Sequence record: NC_055780.1
Length of the DNA stretch: 64,000 bases
Reading direction: 5' to 3' (one strand)
Source of the DNA: Escherichia phage MLF4
This document shows positions 53,646-63,834 of the stretch, piece after piece. Below the pieces are notes generated by a model, which ran no database searches, had not been told where the DNA came from, and saw only the letters and a list, made by a program, of their open reading frames with translations. The position numbers and the translations under genes are program-made. Within the stretch, counting starts at the first letter, position 1; every line of letters starts with the position of its first letter.

Positions 53646-53861
53646 ATGTATAAATTTCGTAAAGGTTTAGCTGATTTTCTTACAACTGTAACGTTCTTTC
53701 TGTTTATGGCAGTTGGAGCTATTTTCCTTATTCCTTTTATTGTTGTATTTTTCGTGATTAGTTTAATTTCTCCAGAAAAGGGCTTATCTTCTAGTGAGTT
53801 CAATGAGCGTCTGGATAAAATTACTAACAAGCTGAATGCTGTTCTTGATAAAAAGGCTTAA
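53646..53861 (+). CDS. small membrane protein (71 aa)
   Basis: Two TM segments. Confidence 0.5.
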   Translation: MYKFRKGLADFLTTVTFFLFMAVGAIFLIPFIVVFFVISLISPEKGLSSSEFNERLDKITNKLNAVLDKKA

Positions 53862-53863
53862 TT

Positions 53864-54175
53864 ATGATTAGTTTTGAGCGGTATGTAGTAGAGAGTTGGA
53901 AGGGGTTTGATATGTTCGGTAATGACTATTATTTTTACGAATGTAGTCTAAATCCTAGTTTTTGGGCTGGACGTGAACGAGATCTCGAAGAAATTAATGC
54001 TCGTGCCGAATTGTTAGGTGAACTGCCTACGGTTTATTTTACCTTTGATGCATCTGGATTTGTTATCCAGGTTTATTTTCCTGAAGAAAACTCTGGTGAG
54101 GATTCTGTTAATCCTCCTTATTGGGCTTACCAAGGAATTATTTCTCGTGGAACAAAACTCGAACTTAAAGAATAA
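53864..54175 (+). CDS. hypothetical protein (103 aa)
   Basis: Compact ORF; no recognised motif. Confidence 0.5.
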   Translation: MISFERYVVESWKGFDMFGNDYYFYECSLNPSFWAGRERDLEEINARAELLGELPTVYFTFDASGFVIQVYFPEENSGEDSVNPPYWAYQGIISRGTKLELKE

Positions 54176-54176
54176 G

Positions 54177-54470
54177 ATTGAAGTCTACGGAATTCCAGAT
54201 GAAGTTGGTCGTTGTCCTGGATGTCAATCAGTTACAAAACTTCTAAAGGAGCTCAATGCTCCTTTTACTTTCTATAAAGTTCTTACTAATAATGGTAAGA
54301 TTGAGTACGATCGCCCATTGATTGTATCTCTTGCTAAACGCGCTGGATTCACATCTCTTAATATTCGGTATCCTGTCATTTTCATTAATGATTCTAGACA
54401 AAAGAACATTAAACACTTCAAAGAAACTCTCATTTCACTTGGATATGATAGAGATATCATAGAAGACTAA
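54177..54470 (+). CDS. glutaredoxin-like protein (NrdH-like), start codon uncertain
   Basis: Thioredoxin-fold start KIEVYGIPDEVGRCPGCQ with CPGC active site; no in-frame ATG/GTG/TTG between the upstream stop (54175) and the active site. Confidence 0.5.
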   Translation: MEVYGIPDEVGRCPGCQSVTKLLKELNAPFTFYKVLTNNGKIEYDRPLIVSLAKRAGFTSLNIRYPVIFINDSRQKNIKHFKETLISLGYDRDIIED

Positions 54471-54567
54471 GACGGGCCCTCTGGGCCTTTCTTTCTTACA
54501 TTCTGTATATTACCATTCTAAGCTATCGTTCCTTTCTTATCATTCCCTAAAATATTTTTCACAAAGT

Positions 54568-54599
54568 TGTTTACAACAAGCTCAAACTGTGGTATTATT
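54568..54599 (+). promoter_or_regulatory. T4-type early promoter
   Basis: TTTTTCACAAAGTTGTTTACA, then TGTGGTATTAT -10. Confidence 0.55.
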
Positions 54600-54628
54600 A
54601 ACACATGAATTGCCTTTGAGGAATTGAT

Positions 54629-54811
54629 ATGGTTGTGGTTGATAAAGAAATTAAAAAGGGGCAGTATTATCTCATTAATGGTAATGCTGTTCGTGTTACT
54701 CATGTAAATAGTTTTGAAGTTTGCTATATTATACTCAAGTTACATAAACGCATGATTTGCGATCGTGCTGCATTTAGTTCAGTTGCTAAGGAAATTAAAC
54801 TCCATGGGTAA
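54629..54811 (+). CDS. hypothetical protein (60 aa)
   Basis: First ORF after the early promoter. Confidence 0.4.
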   Translation: MVVVDKEIKKGQYYLINGNAVRVTHVNSFEVCYIILKLHKRMICDRAAFSSVAKEIKLHG

Positions 54812-55097
54812 AACGTATCGTCGTAAAGATTTAAAAGTACGTGATTATGACTATTTCGGAAAGCGTAAAGCTCCTGATGGGGTAAGTCATAAAGATATGG
54901 TTGAAAACATTTTTCGCTCAGATAAATGGCGTAGAATGAAAGGTATTGATTCAGAAGTTAAAGATGAGCTAAATCGCCAATTACGTGGTGAAGTAAGAAA
55001 GTTGAAAAAATCAGTTTACATTGACGATGATTTTGATTATAATACTTCTCAACGAGTTGCTAAACGTAAATCAAACGAGTGTTATCGTTACAGCTGA
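54804..55097 (+). CDS. hypothetical basic protein (97 aa)
   Basis: Start trimmed to ATG 54804; Lys/Arg-rich. Confidence 0.45.
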   Translation: MGKTYRRKDLKVRDYDYFGKRKAPDGVSHKDMVENIFRSDKWRRMKGIDSEVKDELNRQLRGEVRKLKKSVYIDDDFDYNTSQRVAKRKSNECYRYS

Positions 55098-55236
55098 GGA
55101 AATTATGAATATCAAACGAATGCTTTTTAAGCAGGGGTTATACACTTTAAATGTTACTCCAAAAGGTGATACAACTAAGTGGTCAGTAAATGACTGGATT
55201 AAATTTATTGATGAAAACGGTAACTGGAAAATTTAA

Positions 55237-55437
55237 ATGAATCCTGAATCTAAATTATCACAACGAATTGCCGAATCTCGTCGTCAGTTCTTTGAAAATA
55301 TGATAGCCCAAGGTATTGATGACGAAGTTTTTCTAAACTGGTTTTGGAATCACAAATATTCAAGTTGCTCAGGAGCAATATTAATATCAGCCGCAATGAT
55401 GTACGAAGGCTGGAAGGGTGCCAAAAAGTTTAGCTAA
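55237..55437 (+). CDS. hypothetical protein (66 aa)
   Basis: Followed by intrinsic terminator. Confidence 0.5.
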   Translation: MNPESKLSQRIAESRRQFFENMIAQGIDDEVFLNWFWNHKYSSCSGAILISAAMMYEGWKGAKKFS

Positions 55438-55454
55438 GGGCTTCGGCCCTTTTT
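55437..55454 (+). terminator. intrinsic terminator
   Basis: AGGGC-TTCG-GCCCT hairpin plus TTTT. Confidence 0.6.
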
Positions 55455-55489
55455 GGATAATAAAATTTTAACGCAATTGAGGATAATGT

Positions 55490-55816
55490 ATGACTATTCA
55501 AATTAAAAACGTCATTAATTCTTACGCATATGATAAAGTAGTTTCTTTGCTAGAAAAAGGCGATATTGTAACTCCTCAAATTTTGGATAAATGGGAAAAA
55601 GAGCTTCATCAAACGATGAAACAGAATGATCAGAAGATTGGACGCAATACTGTCCGTGAATTGTTGGTTCAATATATCTTGTCAGAATTTGATGTTAAAG
55701 CTTTTGGCGTAGAATCTAAAGCTTATCAAAAGCATGAAATTTCCGATAAAACTATTCGTCGCATGAAAAATCAACGCAAGAAAAAATTTGCAGACCTGAA
55801 AATTACTAAGGTATAA
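55490..55816 (+). CDS. hypothetical protein (108 aa)
   Basis: GAGGATAATGT RBS. Confidence 0.5.
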   Translation: MTIQIKNVINSYAYDKVVSLLEKGDIVTPQILDKWEKELHQTMKQNDQKIGRNTVRELLVQYILSEFDVKAFGVESKAYQKHEISDKTIRRMKNQRKKKFADLKITKV

Positions 55817-55818
55817 TT

Positions 55819-56034
55819 ATGAACGAAGCTCTTATTAACGATTTGCGTCTTGCCGGATATGAAGTAAATACAAATGGCATTGGTTTAACTCAAATTGAAG
55901 GAAATGGATTCATCCTTGAGTATGAATTTAGCCAATGGTGGTTATACGCTAATTACGGCGAATTGATTGAATATGTTGATCAATTTGATTCACTAGATGC
56001 AGCTCTTGAAGCGGCTAAGTTGATGAATGTATGA
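55819..56034 (+). CDS. hypothetical protein (71 aa)
   Basis: Closely coupled small ORF. Confidence 0.5.
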   Translation: MNEALINDLRLAGYEVNTNGIGLTQIEGNGFILEYEFSQWWLYANYGELIEYVDQFDSLDAALEAAKLMNV

Positions 56035-56300
56035 AATTTATTAATATTTCTATTACTATTGAAAATTATGGCATTTTCTATGTTGACCAATACATGAAAA
56101 TTTCATTTTTCCCAAATAAGACTGGTGTTGGATATTGGGAAAGCCATGTTTCTGAATTAAATGAAAGTGAATATGTTAGTACACATGAAAAGTTTTTAGA
56201 CTTTTTATATCATGCTGATCTAACTAGTCATTATATAGATATTCATGAATTTAAAAAGATGATGGAAAAAGTATTCCAAGCATACTGTTTACTTAGATAA
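56031..56300 (+). CDS. hypothetical protein (89 aa)
   Basis: ATGA overlap. Confidence 0.5.
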   Translation: MKFINISITIENYGIFYVDQYMKISFFPNKTGVGYWESHVSELNESEYVSTHEKFLDFLYHADLTSHYIDIHEFKKMMEKVFQAYCLLR

Positions 56301-56378
56301 CTGATATCCTCTATGCTTTAAGATAGATCTTCAAATATTATGATATAATAGATCTATGAATTGAGCTAAGAGGTGAAA

Positions 56379-56936
56379 ATGTCAGAAACTAAGCCTAAAT
56401 ATAATTACGTAAACAATAAAGAGCTTTTACAAGCTATTATTGATTGGAAAACAGAATTAGCAAATAATAAAGACCCAAATAAAGTAGTTCGTCAGAATGA
56501 TACTATCGGATTAGCCATTATGCTTATTGCAGAAGGCTTATCTAAACGTTTCAACTTTTCAGGATACACCCAGTCTTGGAAACAAGAAATGATTGCAGAT
56601 GGTATAGAAGCTTCTATTAAGGGGCTTCACAATTTTGATGAAACGAAATATAAAAACCCACATGCATATATAACTCAAGCTTGTTTTAATGCATTCGTCC
56701 AGCGTATTAAAAAAGAACGTAAGGAAGTTGCAAAGAAATATAGTTACTTCGTTCACAATGTCTATGACAGCCGTGACGACGATATGGTTGCGTTAGTAGA
56801 TGAAACTTTTATTCAAGACATCTACGATAAAATGACGCATTACGAAGAATCAACCTATAGAACACCGGGGGCTGAAAAGAAAAGTGTTGTAGACGATTCT
56901 CCTAGTTTGGATTTTTTATATGAGGCTAACGATTAA
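56379..56936 (+). CDS. 55: late transcription sigma factor gp55 (185 aa)
   Basis: [33 protein letters not shown] matches recalled T4 gp55; start trimmed to ATG 56379. Confidence 0.9.
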
Positions 56937-57138
56937 CCTCTCCGGATTCTTGGAAGAAATACCTGAAGTTGAAGCTATTCCCTATTTACTTAAAATGTAT
57001 CTCAGGGAAGTTTTAGCTCTTGACATTGATATTGATCCAGAAAATCCGTATGATACCGCTTTTAAATCTAATGGTGTAGAATTAAACTATCGGTATCATT
57101 TAACAGATGATGATTTTTATTTTATATTAGAGAAATAA
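56920..57138 (+). CDS. hypothetical acidic protein (72 aa)
   Basis: Overlaps gp55 3' end; start uncertain. Confidence 0.4.
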
Positions 57139-57139
57139 T

Positions 57140-57457
57140 ATGACTGATAAACCCGAAATTAATGATGAAGTGGAAAAGCTTATTTCTTCTATTGAAGAAA
57201 AGAACCGTCTTGAAGCAGAAAGAAAAGCAAATAAGTTATTGTCTAAAAACAAACGCGAACTGAATCGTCTTTATAAGCACGCTCAGATCGCAGCTGAAAA
57301 CAATAATTTTGCTCAATACGAATATGCTATCAAGAAAAGTCGGGATATTCTAAAACAGCCATATAACGATGAACTCATCAGTATTCTTTGGAAGACTACT
57401 AGATCGCAGATTGAGGATATGATTGATGCTTACACACGTAAAATTCAAGCGTCTTAA
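57140..57457 (+). CDS. hypothetical protein (105 aa)
   Basis: Helical, Lys/Glu-rich. Confidence 0.5.
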   Translation: MTDKPEINDEVEKLISSIEEKNRLEAERKANKLLSKNKRELNRLYKHAQIAAENNNFAQYEYAIKKSRDILKQPYNDELISILWKTTRSQIEDMIDAYTRKIQAS

Positions 57458-57629
57458 AATTAATGCAGGATTTACTGAATCTTTGAATGGTCATCTTTGT
57501 GTGAAAATTTCTGAAAAAGAATACCATGATAGTTCAATTAAAGAAGTTAATCCTCCTATTGTAAGAGCAGACCCTAATATGAAAGTGTGGGTTGATTCTT
57601 ATCAAGTCAAAAAATGGTGGCAACTATGA
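57423..57629 (+). CDS. hypothetical protein (68 aa)
   Basis: Overlapping small ORF. Confidence 0.4.
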   Translation: MMLTHVKFKRLKINAGFTESLNGHLCVKISEKEYHDSSIKEVNPPIVRADPNMKVWVDSYQVKKWWQL

Positions 57630-57824
57630 AAGATGAACACCCAGACTTCTGAAATAGATTATAATAAAATTCGTTCCTCTAAAGAGGAAATGATGAGACG
57701 CTTTAAAGAGTCTCATGATAAAGCTAAAGCAGAAGGAACTATAACATATAAGCGCATAAAATTTAAAAGTTCTAACGAGCCTCTATATGGCGTATTATGC
57801 GGATAGGAGCTTCGGCTCCTATAT

Positions 57825-57848
57825 TGCTTTATAAATTTTTGGTAAAAT
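57825..57848 (+). promoter_or_regulatory. T4 middle promoter (MotA box TGCTTTA plus -10 TAAAAT) for agt
   Basis: TGCTTTA at 57825-57831, 11-nt spacer, TAAAAT at 57843. Confidence 0.55.
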
Positions 57849-57872
57849 AAACCAAAACAAAGAGGATATTAA

Positions 57873-59075
57873 ATGAAAGTATGTATTTTTATGGCTCGAG
57901 GTCTTGAAGGTTGTGGTGTAACTAAATTTTCTCTTGAGCAACGTGATTGGTTTATTAAAAATGGTCATGAAGTAACTTTGGTTTATGCTAAAGATAAATC
58001 ATTTACTCGTAATTGTGCGCATGATTATAAATCATTTTCAATTCCGGTTTTATTGGCAAAAGAATACGATAAAACACTTAAGCTGGTAAATGATTGTGAT
58101 ATTCTAATTATCAATTCAGTTCCTGCTACTTCGGTTGAAGAAGACACTATTAATAACTATAAAAAAATTATTGATAACATTAAACCTTCTGTTCGTGTTG
58201 TAGTTTATCAACATGACCATTCTTCTCTTTCTTTGCGCCGAAATTTGGGATTAGAAGAAACTGTTCGTCGAGCTGATGTCATTTTTAGCCATTCTGATAA
58301 TGGTGATTTTAATAAAGTTCTGATGAAAGAATGGTATCCAGAAACTGTTTCTCTGTTTGATGATATTGAAGAAGCACCGACAGTATATAACTTTCAGCCT
58401 CCTATGGATATTGCGAAGGTTCGGTCAACCTACTGGAAAGATGTTTCTGAAATTAACATGAATATCAACCGTTGGATTGGTCGCACGACTACATGGAAAG
58501 GTTTTTATCAGATGTTTGATTTTCATGAAAAACATCTTAAACCTGCAGGACTAAGTACTATTATGGAAGGTCTGGAACGTTCTCCAGCGTTCATTCCTAT
58601 TAAAGAAAAAGGAATTCCATACGAGTATTATCGTCTTCATCAAGTAGACCAAATTAAAATTGCTCCTAATTTGCCAACGCAAATTCTTGACCGTTATGTA
58701 AATAGCGAAATGCTTGAACGCATGAGTAAATCCGGTTTTGGTTATCAGTTGAGTAAGTTGGATAAAAAATATCTACAACGTTCTTTAGAATATACTCATC
58801 TCGAGCTTGGTGCATGTGGAACAATTCCGGTATTTTGGAAATCTACTGGCGAAAATTTAAAATTCCGTGTTGATAATACTCCATTAATTTCTCATGATAG
58901 CGGTATCGTTTGGTTTGATGAAAATGACATGGAATCAACATTTGAACGTATTAAAGAACTGTCATCTGACCGAACTCTTTATGACCGTGAACGCGAAAAA
59001 GCTTATGAATTTTTGTATCAGCATCAAGATTCAAGCTTCTGCTTTAAAGAACAGTTTGACATTATTACAAAATAA
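57873..59075 (+). CDS. agt: DNA alpha-glucosyltransferase (400 aa)
   Basis: MKVCIFMARGLEGCGVTKFSLEQRDWFIKNGHEVTLVYAKDKSFTR matches recalled T4 AGT; length 400 aa. Confidence 0.92.
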   Translation: MKVCIFMARGLEGCGVTKFSLEQRDWFIKNGHEVTLVYAKDKSFTRNCAHDYKSFSIPVLLAKEYDKTLKLVNDCDILIINSVPATSVEEDTINNYKKIIDNIKPSVRVVVYQHDHSSLSLRRNLGLEETVRRADVIFSHSDNGDFNKVLMKEWYPETVSLFDDIEEAPTVYNFQPPMDIAKVRSTYWKDVSEINMNINRWIGRTTTWKGFYQMFDFHEKHLKPAGLSTIMEGLERSPAFIPIKEKGIPYEYYRLHQVDQIKIAPNLPTQILDRYVNSEMLERMSKSGFGYQLSKLDKKYLQRSLEYTHLELGACGTIPVFWKSTGENLKFRVDNTPLISHDSGIVWFDENDMESTFERIKELSSDRTLYDREREKAYEFLYQHQDSSFCFKEQFDIITK

Positions 59076-59251
59076 AGGGCTTCGGCCCTTTAGCTTTATA
59101 CGGAGTTTGATATAATGATATTTCTTGGATATGTGATACTTTTTCTCGCGTTTTATCTTTTCACTAGAGCGTGTTGGGTTGGATTCTTTAGCACACCAGA
59201 TGGGTTTATTTCAATAATTTTATTTTGCATTTCAATGACGGTTCTTGATAT

Positions 59252-60271
59252 ATGAAAATTTTAAATTTAGGTGATTGGCATTTAGGCGTTAAAGCCGATG
59301 ATGAGTGGGTTCAATCCATTCAGTTAGATGGAATTAAACAAGCAATAGAATATTCTAAGAAAAATGGAATTACTACCTGGATTCAATACGGCGATATTTT
59401 TGATGTGCGAAAAGCAATCACGCATAAAACTATGGAGTTCGCTCGTGAAATAGTTCAAATGCTTGATGATGCCGGTATTACCCTACATACTGTTGTAGGA
59501 AACCATGATATGCACTTTAAAAATACTTTAACCCCAAATGCCTCTACTGAGCTTTTGGCTAAATATCCTAATGTTAAAGTGTATGATAAGCCTACTACAG
59601 TAGATTTTGACGGATGTTTGATTGATTTAATTCCTTGGATGTGTGAAGAAAATACTGGTGAAATTCTTGAGCATATCAAAACTTCATCTGCTTCTTTTTG
59701 TGTTGGTCACTGGGAACTGAACGGATTTTATTTTTATAAAGGAATGAAATCTCATGGTCTTGAACCTGATTTCCTTAAGACTTATAAAGAAGTGTGGTCT
59801 GGTCACTTCCATACTATCTCTGAGGCTGCTAACGTCAGATATATTGGGACACCATGGACACTAACTGCAGGTGACGAGAATGACCCTCGTGGGTTCTGGA
59901 TGTTTGATACAGAAACAGAACGAATGGAATTTATTCCAAACAATACTACCTGGCATCGTAGAATTCATTATCCATTTAAAGGAAAAATTGACTATAAAGA
60001 TTTTACAAATCTATCAGTACGTGTTATAGTAACTGAAGTAGACAAAAATCTGACGAAGTTCGAATCTGAACTAGAAAAAGTTGTGCATTCATTACGAGTT
60101 GTGTCAAAGATTGATAACTCTGTCGAGTCAGATGATAGTGAAGAAGTTGAAGTTCAATCTCTTCAGACATTGATGGAAGAATACATTAATGCAATTCCAG
60201 ACATCACTGATTCTGATCGCGAAGCACTTATTCAATATGCAAATCAGTTATATGTAGAGGCAACACAATGA
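59252..60271 (+). CDS. 47: recombination nuclease subunit gp47 (Mre11-like), 339 aa
   Basis: Phosphoesterase motifs LNLGDWHLG, GDIFD, GNHD, GHWE/GHFH; length equals T4 gp47. Confidence 0.9.
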   Translation: MKILNLGDWHLGVKADDEWVQSIQLDGIKQAIEYSKKNGITTWIQYGDIFDVRKAITHKTMEFAREIVQMLDDAGITLHTVVGNHDMHFKNTLTPNASTELLAKYPNVKVYDKPTTVDFDGCLIDLIPWMCEENTGEILEHIKTSSASFCVGHWELNGFYFYKGMKSHGLEPDFLKTYKEVWSGHFHTISEAANVRYIGTPWTLTAGDENDPRGFWMFDTETERMEFIPNNTTWHRRIHYPFKGKIDYKDFTNLSVRVIVTEVDKNLTKFESELEKVVHSLRVVSKIDNSVESDDSEEVEVQSLQTLMEEYINAIPDITDSDREALIQYANQLYVEATQ

Positions 60272-60531
60272 CTTTTGATGAATTTAAAAATGTTATGATG
60301 AGTCAGCATTTTGAATGCGAAGTAAAAGATGATATTGGGCATAAAGAAATTATTGAATATTGGTTTGAACCGTTAGAGGTTGAAGATAATTGTATTAAAA
60401 AGGTTACAGTCTGCACTGACTGGGCTGTATCTTTTAACTTCAACATTTTAGATAATGACACACCTAAATCATTACGAGATATGGCTGTATCTTGTATTAA
60501 GGATGCATACTGTGAAGTTTTCGACATTTGA
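60268..60531 (+). CDS. hypothetical protein (87 aa), 46.1-like position
   Basis: ATGA-coupled to gene 47. Confidence 0.5.
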   Translation: MTFDEFKNVMMSQHFECEVKDDIGHKEIIEYWFEPLEVEDNCIKKVTVCTDWAVSFNFNILDNDTPKSLRDMAVSCIKDAYCEVFDI

Positions 60532-60718
60532 CATTAATGATGAATTCATAGCAAACATTGATTATACCGAAGAAGATTCTAGATATGTTGGAATAATTTA
60601 TATCACATCAAAAGCAGCACAAGGCGTTGTTTGCATGGCTGAATTTGATGAATACTTTTTAGATTATGATGATATGATAGAATGGTCTAAAAGATACATT
60701 AAAAGGAATCTTTTGTGA
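60503..60718 (+). CDS. hypothetical protein (71 aa)
   Basis: Start trimmed to ATG 60503; ends overlapping gene 46 start. Confidence 0.4.
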   Translation: MHTVKFSTFDINDEFIANIDYTEEDSRYVGIIYITSKAAQGVVCMAEFDEYFLDYDDMIEWSKRYIKRNLL

Positions 60719-62397
60719 AGAATTTTAAACTAAACCGAGTTAGGTATCAAAATATAATGTCAGTAGGTGGAAATCCTATTGACATTCAATTAGATAAGGT
60801 TCAAAAAACTCTTATTACTGGACGAAATGGCGGTGGTAAGTCTACTATGTTAGAAGCCATCACATTTGGGCTTTTTGGCAAGCCATTTCGTGATGTAAAG
60901 AAAGGTCAATTAATAAACAGCACAAATAAGAAAGAACTTTTAGTTGAACTGTGGATGGAATATGATGAGAAAAAGTACTATATCAAAAGAGGACAAAAAC
61001 CAAACGTTTTCGAAATCACCGTTAACGGTACACGTCTTAATGAATCTGCCAGCAGTAAAGATTTCCAAGCAGAATTTGAACAGCTTATCGGAATGTCATA
61101 TGCCAGTTTCAAGCAGATTGTTGTCCTTGGTACAGCAGGGTATACCCCTTTCATGGGTTTGTCGACCCCTGCGCGAAGAAAGCTTGTGGAAGACCTGCTT
61201 GAGGTAGGAACATTAGCTGAAATGGATAAGCTTAATAAAGCACTAATACGTGAATTAAATTCACAAAACCAAGTGCTTGATGTTAAAAAAGATAGTATTA
61301 TCCAACAAATTAAAATATATAATGATAACGTTGAACGCCAGAAAAAATTAACGGGTGACAACCTTACTCGTCTTCAAAATATGTATGATGATTTGGCAAA
61401 AGAAGCTAGAACGCTAAAATCGGAAATAGAAGAAGCTAATGAAAGATTAGTTAATATTGTTTTAGATGAAGACCCGACTGATGCATTTAATAAAATCGGT
61501 CAAGAAGCAGTTTTAATTAAATCAAAAATTGACTCGTATAATAAAGTCATTAATATGTATCACGAAGGTGGATTATGCCCAACCTGCTTGTCACAATTAA
61601 GTTCAGGTGATAAAGTTGTTTCTAAAATTAAAGATAAAGTTTCTGAATGTACGCATTCGTTTGAACAGCTTTCAACACATCGTGATAATTTAAAAGTTCT
61701 TGTTGATGAATACCGAGATAATATTAAAACCCAGCAGTCGTTGGCAAATGATATTCGCAATAAAAAGCAATCTCTGATCGCAGCAGTAGATAAAGCTAAA
61801 AAGGTTAAAGCGGCTATAGAAAAAGCATCTTCTGAGTTTATTGACCATGCTGATGAAATAGCACTGCTTCAAGAAGAACTTGATAAAATTGTTAAGACAA
61901 AAACTAATTTAGTAATGGAAAAATACCACCGAGGAATTTTGACTGATATGCTCAAAGATTCTGGTATTAAAGGTGCTATTATTAAAAAGTACATTCCATT
62001 ATTTAATAAGCAGATTAACCATTATCTTAAAATAATGGAAGCGGATTATGTGTTTACATTAGATGAAGAATTTAATGAGACAATTAAATCCCGTGGTCGT
62101 GAAGATTTTAGTTATGCTTCATTTAGTGAAGGTGAAAAGGCACGAATTGATATTGCTCTTTTATTTACTTGGCGTGATATTGCTTCTATCGTATCTGGTG
62201 TTAGTATTAGTACATTAATTCTTGATGAAGTGTTTGATGGGTCATTTGATGCCGAAGGTATTAAAGGTGTAGCTAATATTATAAATTCAATGAAAAACAC
62301 TAATGTTTTTATAATTTCGCATAAAGACCATGACCCGCAAGCATACGGTCAGCATCTTCAAATGAAGAAAGTTGGTCGATTTACTGTAATGGTTTAA
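60715..62397 (+). CDS. 46: recombination ATPase gp46 (Rad50/SbcC-like), 560 aa
   Basis: Walker A GRNGGGKST, central coiled coil with CPTC zinc hook, signature SFSEGEKARIDIA, Walker B LILDEVFD. Confidence 0.92.
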   Translation: MKNFKLNRVRYQNIMSVGGNPIDIQLDKVQKTLITGRNGGGKSTMLEAITFGLFGKPFRDVKKGQLINSTNKKELLVELWMEYDEKKYYIKRGQKPNVFEITVNGTRLNESASSKDFQAEFEQLIGMSYASFKQIVVLGTAGYTPFMGLSTPARRKLVEDLLEVGTLAEMDKLNKALIRELNSQNQVLDVKKDSIIQQIKIYNDNVERQKKLTGDNLTRLQNMYDDLAKEARTLKSEIEEANERLVNIVLDEDPTDAFNKIGQEAVLIKSKIDSYNKVINMYHEGGLCPTCLSQLSSGDKVVSKIKDKVSECTHSFEQLSTHRDNLKVLVDEYRDNIKTQQSLANDIRNKKQSLIAAVDKAKKVKAAIEKASSEFIDHADEIALLQEELDKIVKTKTNLVMEKYHRGILTDMLKDSGIKGAIIKKYIPLFNKQINHYLKIMEADYVFTLDEEFNETIKSRGREDFSYASFSEGEKARIDIALLFTWRDIASIVSGVSISTLILDEVFDGSFDAEGIKGVANIINSMKNTNVFIISHKDHDPQAYGQHLQMKKVGRFTVMV

Positions 62398-62411
62398 TTT
62401 ATAAGAGATTA

Positions 62412-62435
62412 TGCTTTAATTTATTAGAGTATAAT
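62412..62435 (+). promoter_or_regulatory. T4 middle promoter (MotA box TGCTTTA plus TATAAT)
   Basis: TGCTTTA at 62412-62418, 11-nt spacer, TATAAT at 62430. Confidence 0.55.
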
Positions 62436-62452
62436 CTCTATGGAGGAAAAAC

Positions 62453-62641
62453 ATGGAATATTCAACTGGACAGCATCTATTAACTATTCCTGAAATAAAA
62501 CGATATATTCTGAGAAATAATTTTTCTAATGAAGAGCATATAGTTACTGAATCTATGCTTAGGAATGCATTTAAAGCAGAATATACAAAAATAATGTCCA
62601 ATAGAAATGAAGCTTGGACTGTTACTGATTATTATGACTAA
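62453..62641 (+). CDS. hypothetical protein (62 aa), 45.2-like position
   Basis: GGAGGAAAAAC RBS. Confidence 0.5.
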   Translation: MEYSTGQHLLTIPEIKRYILRNNFSNEEHIVTESMLRNAFKAEYTKIMSNRNEAWTVTDYYD

Positions 62642-62650
62642 AGGTGTATT

Positions 62651-63040
62651 ATGACTAAAATTACTGTGAATTATACTGTTGATGTAAAAGATATTCAGCC
62701 AAAACACGTGCGTTCTGACTCAAATCCGCAAAACCAAAATAAAATTCGTCGCGCATGGGTTTTGTCTCTTTCTGATAACGCAATGGAAGTTATTCAGAAC
62801 AAAATTAAATCTGCACCTGCTCGTCATGCATATTATGAAGCTATCGATCGTGAAGTAAGTAATAAATGGATTGAACTAATGCGCAAACATACGACAGAAT
62901 CTCTAAATGCTGGTGCTAAATTTATTATGACTTCATGCGGTGAACGCCTTGAAGATGATTATTGCGGTAATGCAGATGAACGTCTAATTGTTGCTGCTCA
63001 AATTGTTGCGGAAACAATTGCTGCTGATTTTAATCGTTAA
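62651..63040 (+). CDS. rpbA: RNA polymerase binding protein RpbA (129 aa)
   Basis: Length and position (between 46 and 45) equal T4 rpbA. Confidence 0.8.
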   Translation: MTKITVNYTVDVKDIQPKHVRSDSNPQNQNKIRRAWVLSLSDNAMEVIQNKIKSAPARHAYYEAIDREVSNKWIELMRKHTTESLNAGAKFIMTSCGERLEDDYCGNADERLIVAAQIVAETIAADFNR

Positions 63041-63041
63041 T

Positions 63042-63066
63042 TGCTTTATTAAATTAGTTATAAAAT
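63042..63066 (+). promoter_or_regulatory. T4 middle promoter for gene 45 (MotA box TGCTTTA plus TAAAAT)
   Basis: TGCTTTA at 63042-63048, 12-nt spacer, TAAAAT at 63061. Confidence 0.6.
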
Positions 63067-63095
63067 TAAATCTCATTTGAATTGAAGGAAATTAC

Positions 63096-63782
63096 ATGAA
63101 ACTGTCTAAAGATACTACTGCTCTGCTTAAAAATTTCGCTACTATTAACTCTGGTATTATGCTTAAATCCGGTCAATTTATTATGACTCGTGCAGTTAAT
63201 GGTACAACTTATGCGGAAGCAAATATTTCTGACACTATTGATTTTGATGTAGCAATTTACGATTTGAATGGTTTTCTCGGTATTCTGTCTTTAGTTAATG
63301 ATGATGCAGAAATTTCCCAGTCAGAAGATGGAAATATTAAAATTGCTGATGCCCGTTCAACAATTTTTTGGCCAGCAGCCGATCCGAGTACAGTAGTTGC
63401 TCCTAATAAACCAATTCCATTCCCAGTAGCATCTGTTGTTACTGAAATTAAAGCTGAAGACCTTCAACAGCTGTTGCGTGTATCTCGTGGTCTGCAGATT
63501 GATACAATTGCTATCACGGTAAAAGAAGGTAAAATCGTAATTAACGGTTTTAATAAAGTAGAAGATTCTGCTCTGACCCGTGTTAAATATTCTTTGACTC
63601 TTGGTGATTATGATGGTGAAAATACATTTAATTTCATTATCAATATGGCAAATATGAAAATGCAACCAGGAAATTATAAACTTCTACTCTGGGCAAAAGG
63701 TAAACAAGGTGCTGCTAAATTTGAAGGTGAACACGCAAATTATGTAGTAGCTCTTGAAGCTGATTCTACCCACGATTTTTAA
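63096..63782 (+). CDS. 45: sliding clamp gp45 (228 aa)
   Basis: MKLSKDTTALLKNFATINSGIMLKSGQFIMTRAVNGTTYAEANI matches recalled T4 gp45. Confidence 0.95.
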   Translation: MKLSKDTTALLKNFATINSGIMLKSGQFIMTRAVNGTTYAEANISDTIDFDVAIYDLNGFLGILSLVNDDAEISQSEDGNIKIADARSTIFWPAADPSTVVAPNKPIPFPVASVVTEIKAEDLQQLLRVSRGLQIDTIAITVKEGKIVINGFNKVEDSALTRVKYSLTLGDYDGENTFNFIINMANMKMQPGNYKLLLWAKGKQGAAKFEGEHANYVVALEADSTHDF

Positions 63783-63785
63783 TAA

Positions 63786-63801
63786 AGGGCTTCGGCCCTT
63801 T
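63786..63801 (+). terminator. hairpin, weak intrinsic terminator after gene 45
   Basis: AAGGGC-TTCG-GCCCTT then TATAATTT (poor U-tract). Confidence 0.4.
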
Positions 63802-63834
63802 ATAATTTACACTAAAACTTGAATGAGGAAATTA

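Noticed and set aside
54018-54176. 5' extension of the glutaredoxin-like ORF given by the ORF track (start at 54018)
   Set aside because: It would overlap the preceding gene by over 150 nt in another frame, and the thioredoxin fold clearly begins at KIEVYG; kept only the region from 54177 and flagged the start-codon problem.
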